Made by a program: the position numbers and the translations under genes. 64,000 nucleotides of DNA from Octopus sinensis (lineage: Eukaryota): assembly GCF_006345805.1 (NCBI RefSeq), contig NC_043000.1:83700001-83764000 (forward strand). Direction: 5' to 3'. How positions within the stretch are numbered: position 1 is the stretch's first letter; the number at the start of each line of letters is the position of its first letter. Under the pieces are notes generated by a model. It searched no databases and was not told the DNA's origin. It saw only the letters and a program-made list of their open reading frames with translations. Positions 62,282 to 64,000 of this stretch are shown in pieces.

Positions 62282-62689
62282 TAGATATAACATTTAAATA
62301 CAATTCTTGTTGTACAGAATTTTAGGATCTGTCATTTTTTCTGCTGTGGATAGGTTACACATATTACATTTTTGGAAGATTTTATTTATTCAATAATCTT
62401 CAATCTGGGTTAAGAGATCTCACCTTTAAATTTAGAAAACCAAATGAAATTATATTAATGTAGATTCATGTCACCCAGTTTTAGATTTTCAAAATTTTAT
62501 CAACAAATTAAGTAGAAGAATTTCAAATTTGGCCTGAAATCTTTGCCTAGATAGACTATAGTCTCTCTAGTTATCAAATCTCTTTGATAGCTATCAGACA
62601 GATTTAAAAATAAGACCAAGTACATCACCAGCCTCAGAATCTCCTAGACAAAAAAAATGTATCAAAATATTTTGTTTACATCTGCCTCT

Positions 62690-63100
62690 GAAGAAACACT
62701 AAATCTAACATAGAAAAAGTCTCCTAAATTTTATGAGTAAATACTTCCTTGCAAACCATAACTTATAAGAAACAGTTCAAAAGACATAATCTTAAAGTAA
62801 CATCTACTAATATGAAGAATATTATAGCCCATAAACATCCCATATCAACAGAGGCCAATTATTCATGTAGAGATAGCAACAATTAACTACTCGATAAGTC
62901 TTGTAAAACAGAAGCATACTATTTGCGATAGAATTTAAACTCAACCAGCCTAAAATTTGATACCCATCAAAGATGCTACATTGAAAAACAGAATACAATG
63001 AAACCCTTTAATTATATTTGATCATTTAAAAGGACAAGTCTTTATAAAATGGTAGTCATAGAAGTGAGCTAAGTGCAGCAGAAAAAAAAACTGATCTTAA
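62690..63100 (+). mobile_element. Highly decayed Penelope-like linker/GIY-YIG remnant
   Basis: LNFMSKYFLANHNL...NMKNIIAH...NYSCRDSNN*LLDKSCKTEA resembles the PLE pattern FL.L+DKHF...NMKNII..HN...C.CR....CPL...C.TE. Confidence 0.55.
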
Positions 63101-64000
63101 GAAATTCATAATCAAAACTATATTTAAATACTTAGTCTGAGACTTCCAAACTTTATGGAGCCAAACTTAGCTATATCATTAATTTTATATAAATCTACTG
63201 AACTGTAACTACACAAATTTTTTAATGTATATTTTCTCTTCTTTTGTTAATTTAGCCCCTTAACTTTTTTGTGTATACTGAATTATAACTCCATACAGTT
63301 TATATGAATTTATACTATAATATCTCAGTTACTCCATTTAGTTTCATTTTAAGTTTTCTCATGTTCACATTCTCAATACTTGTGGACCAGAGTCTGTTGA
63401 TAAATATTTGTGTGGCAGCCAGATATTGTGAAATTGTGAAACTATGAGTCATCCAATATGCATTAATAGGCTTACACACACACTAGATCCATGCAAACAT
63501 GGACAAAATGATGAATACATCTCATCACTCCCATCCCTTACTTGAAAAACTGAGAAGGGTGGGCAGCAGGAAGAACATCTGGCTGTAAAAATCTTGTCTG
63601 AAATAACTCATCATCTAACCCATGCTACCATGAAAAAATTGTAATTAAACAAACTAATTAATATAAGTCTTACTGACTTCTGAGATTTGCTTCTTTATGT
63701 GGTCATAGGAATTTATAGCAATAGTGAATTAAGGTCTGGGAGACTATCTGACAATAATAAATTTATTATCAGCAGCTGAACTTAACTGTCAACTCCCAGT
63801 GGTTTTAATTCTTAGTGGACATAGTATACTAGTCGTTTTAGATCTTTTGATGGTAATAAGAATATAGATAAAAACTGTAGCTAAATTACTATCTCATGAC
63901 CCCCAGTTATTCTCTTCTGCCACTCCAAATTATAGTTGGGGTATTCTTCTCTCTAAGTTCATTCTGCTACAGTAATAGCAGCATGTAATTCTTTCATTCT

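Noticed and set aside
1-64000. CRISPR arrays, rRNA genes, prokaryotic operons
   Set aside because: None seen; the minisatellites have no unique spacers and the DNA is eukaryotic intronic sequence.

Overview
AT-rich, microsatellite- and transposon-dense eukaryotic DNA. The SINE families and repeat make-up look like an octopus (coleoid cephalopod) genome; this is inference. The window is the interior of one large minus-strand gene. Eight phase-compatible GT-AG exons (53843-53857, 52075-52217, 49288-49424, 33924-34122, 31354-31442, 23936-24068, 20728-20815, 12301-12419; 923 nt) splice into one open frame that is colinear with the central region of TBC1D32/Broad-minded as I recall the human protein. 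Almost all ORFs in the supplied track are microsatellite or decayed-TE artefacts. The introns hold several SINE families, two near-full-length dead mariners, an internally deleted maT-like element, RTE, Tx1/L1, R4/Dong, Hero-like and Penelope-like remnants, TTAA-flanked MITEs, a probable solo LTR, minisatellites and several long fold-backs. The most unusual signal is a set of minimal type-I hammerhead-ribozyme motifs of the Penelope type. One forms the 3' part of a tRNA-headed element (tRNA head - (TAA)n - hammerhead) at 37.0-38.8 kb, which has been invaded by a (TAA)n-targeting R4/Dong LINE and carries inverted hammerhead copies at its 5' end. Another occurs as an inverted pair at 22.9-23.1 kb. 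No hammerhead copy here is fully intact. All similarity statements come from manual translation and memory, not database searches; TE boundaries are approximate.
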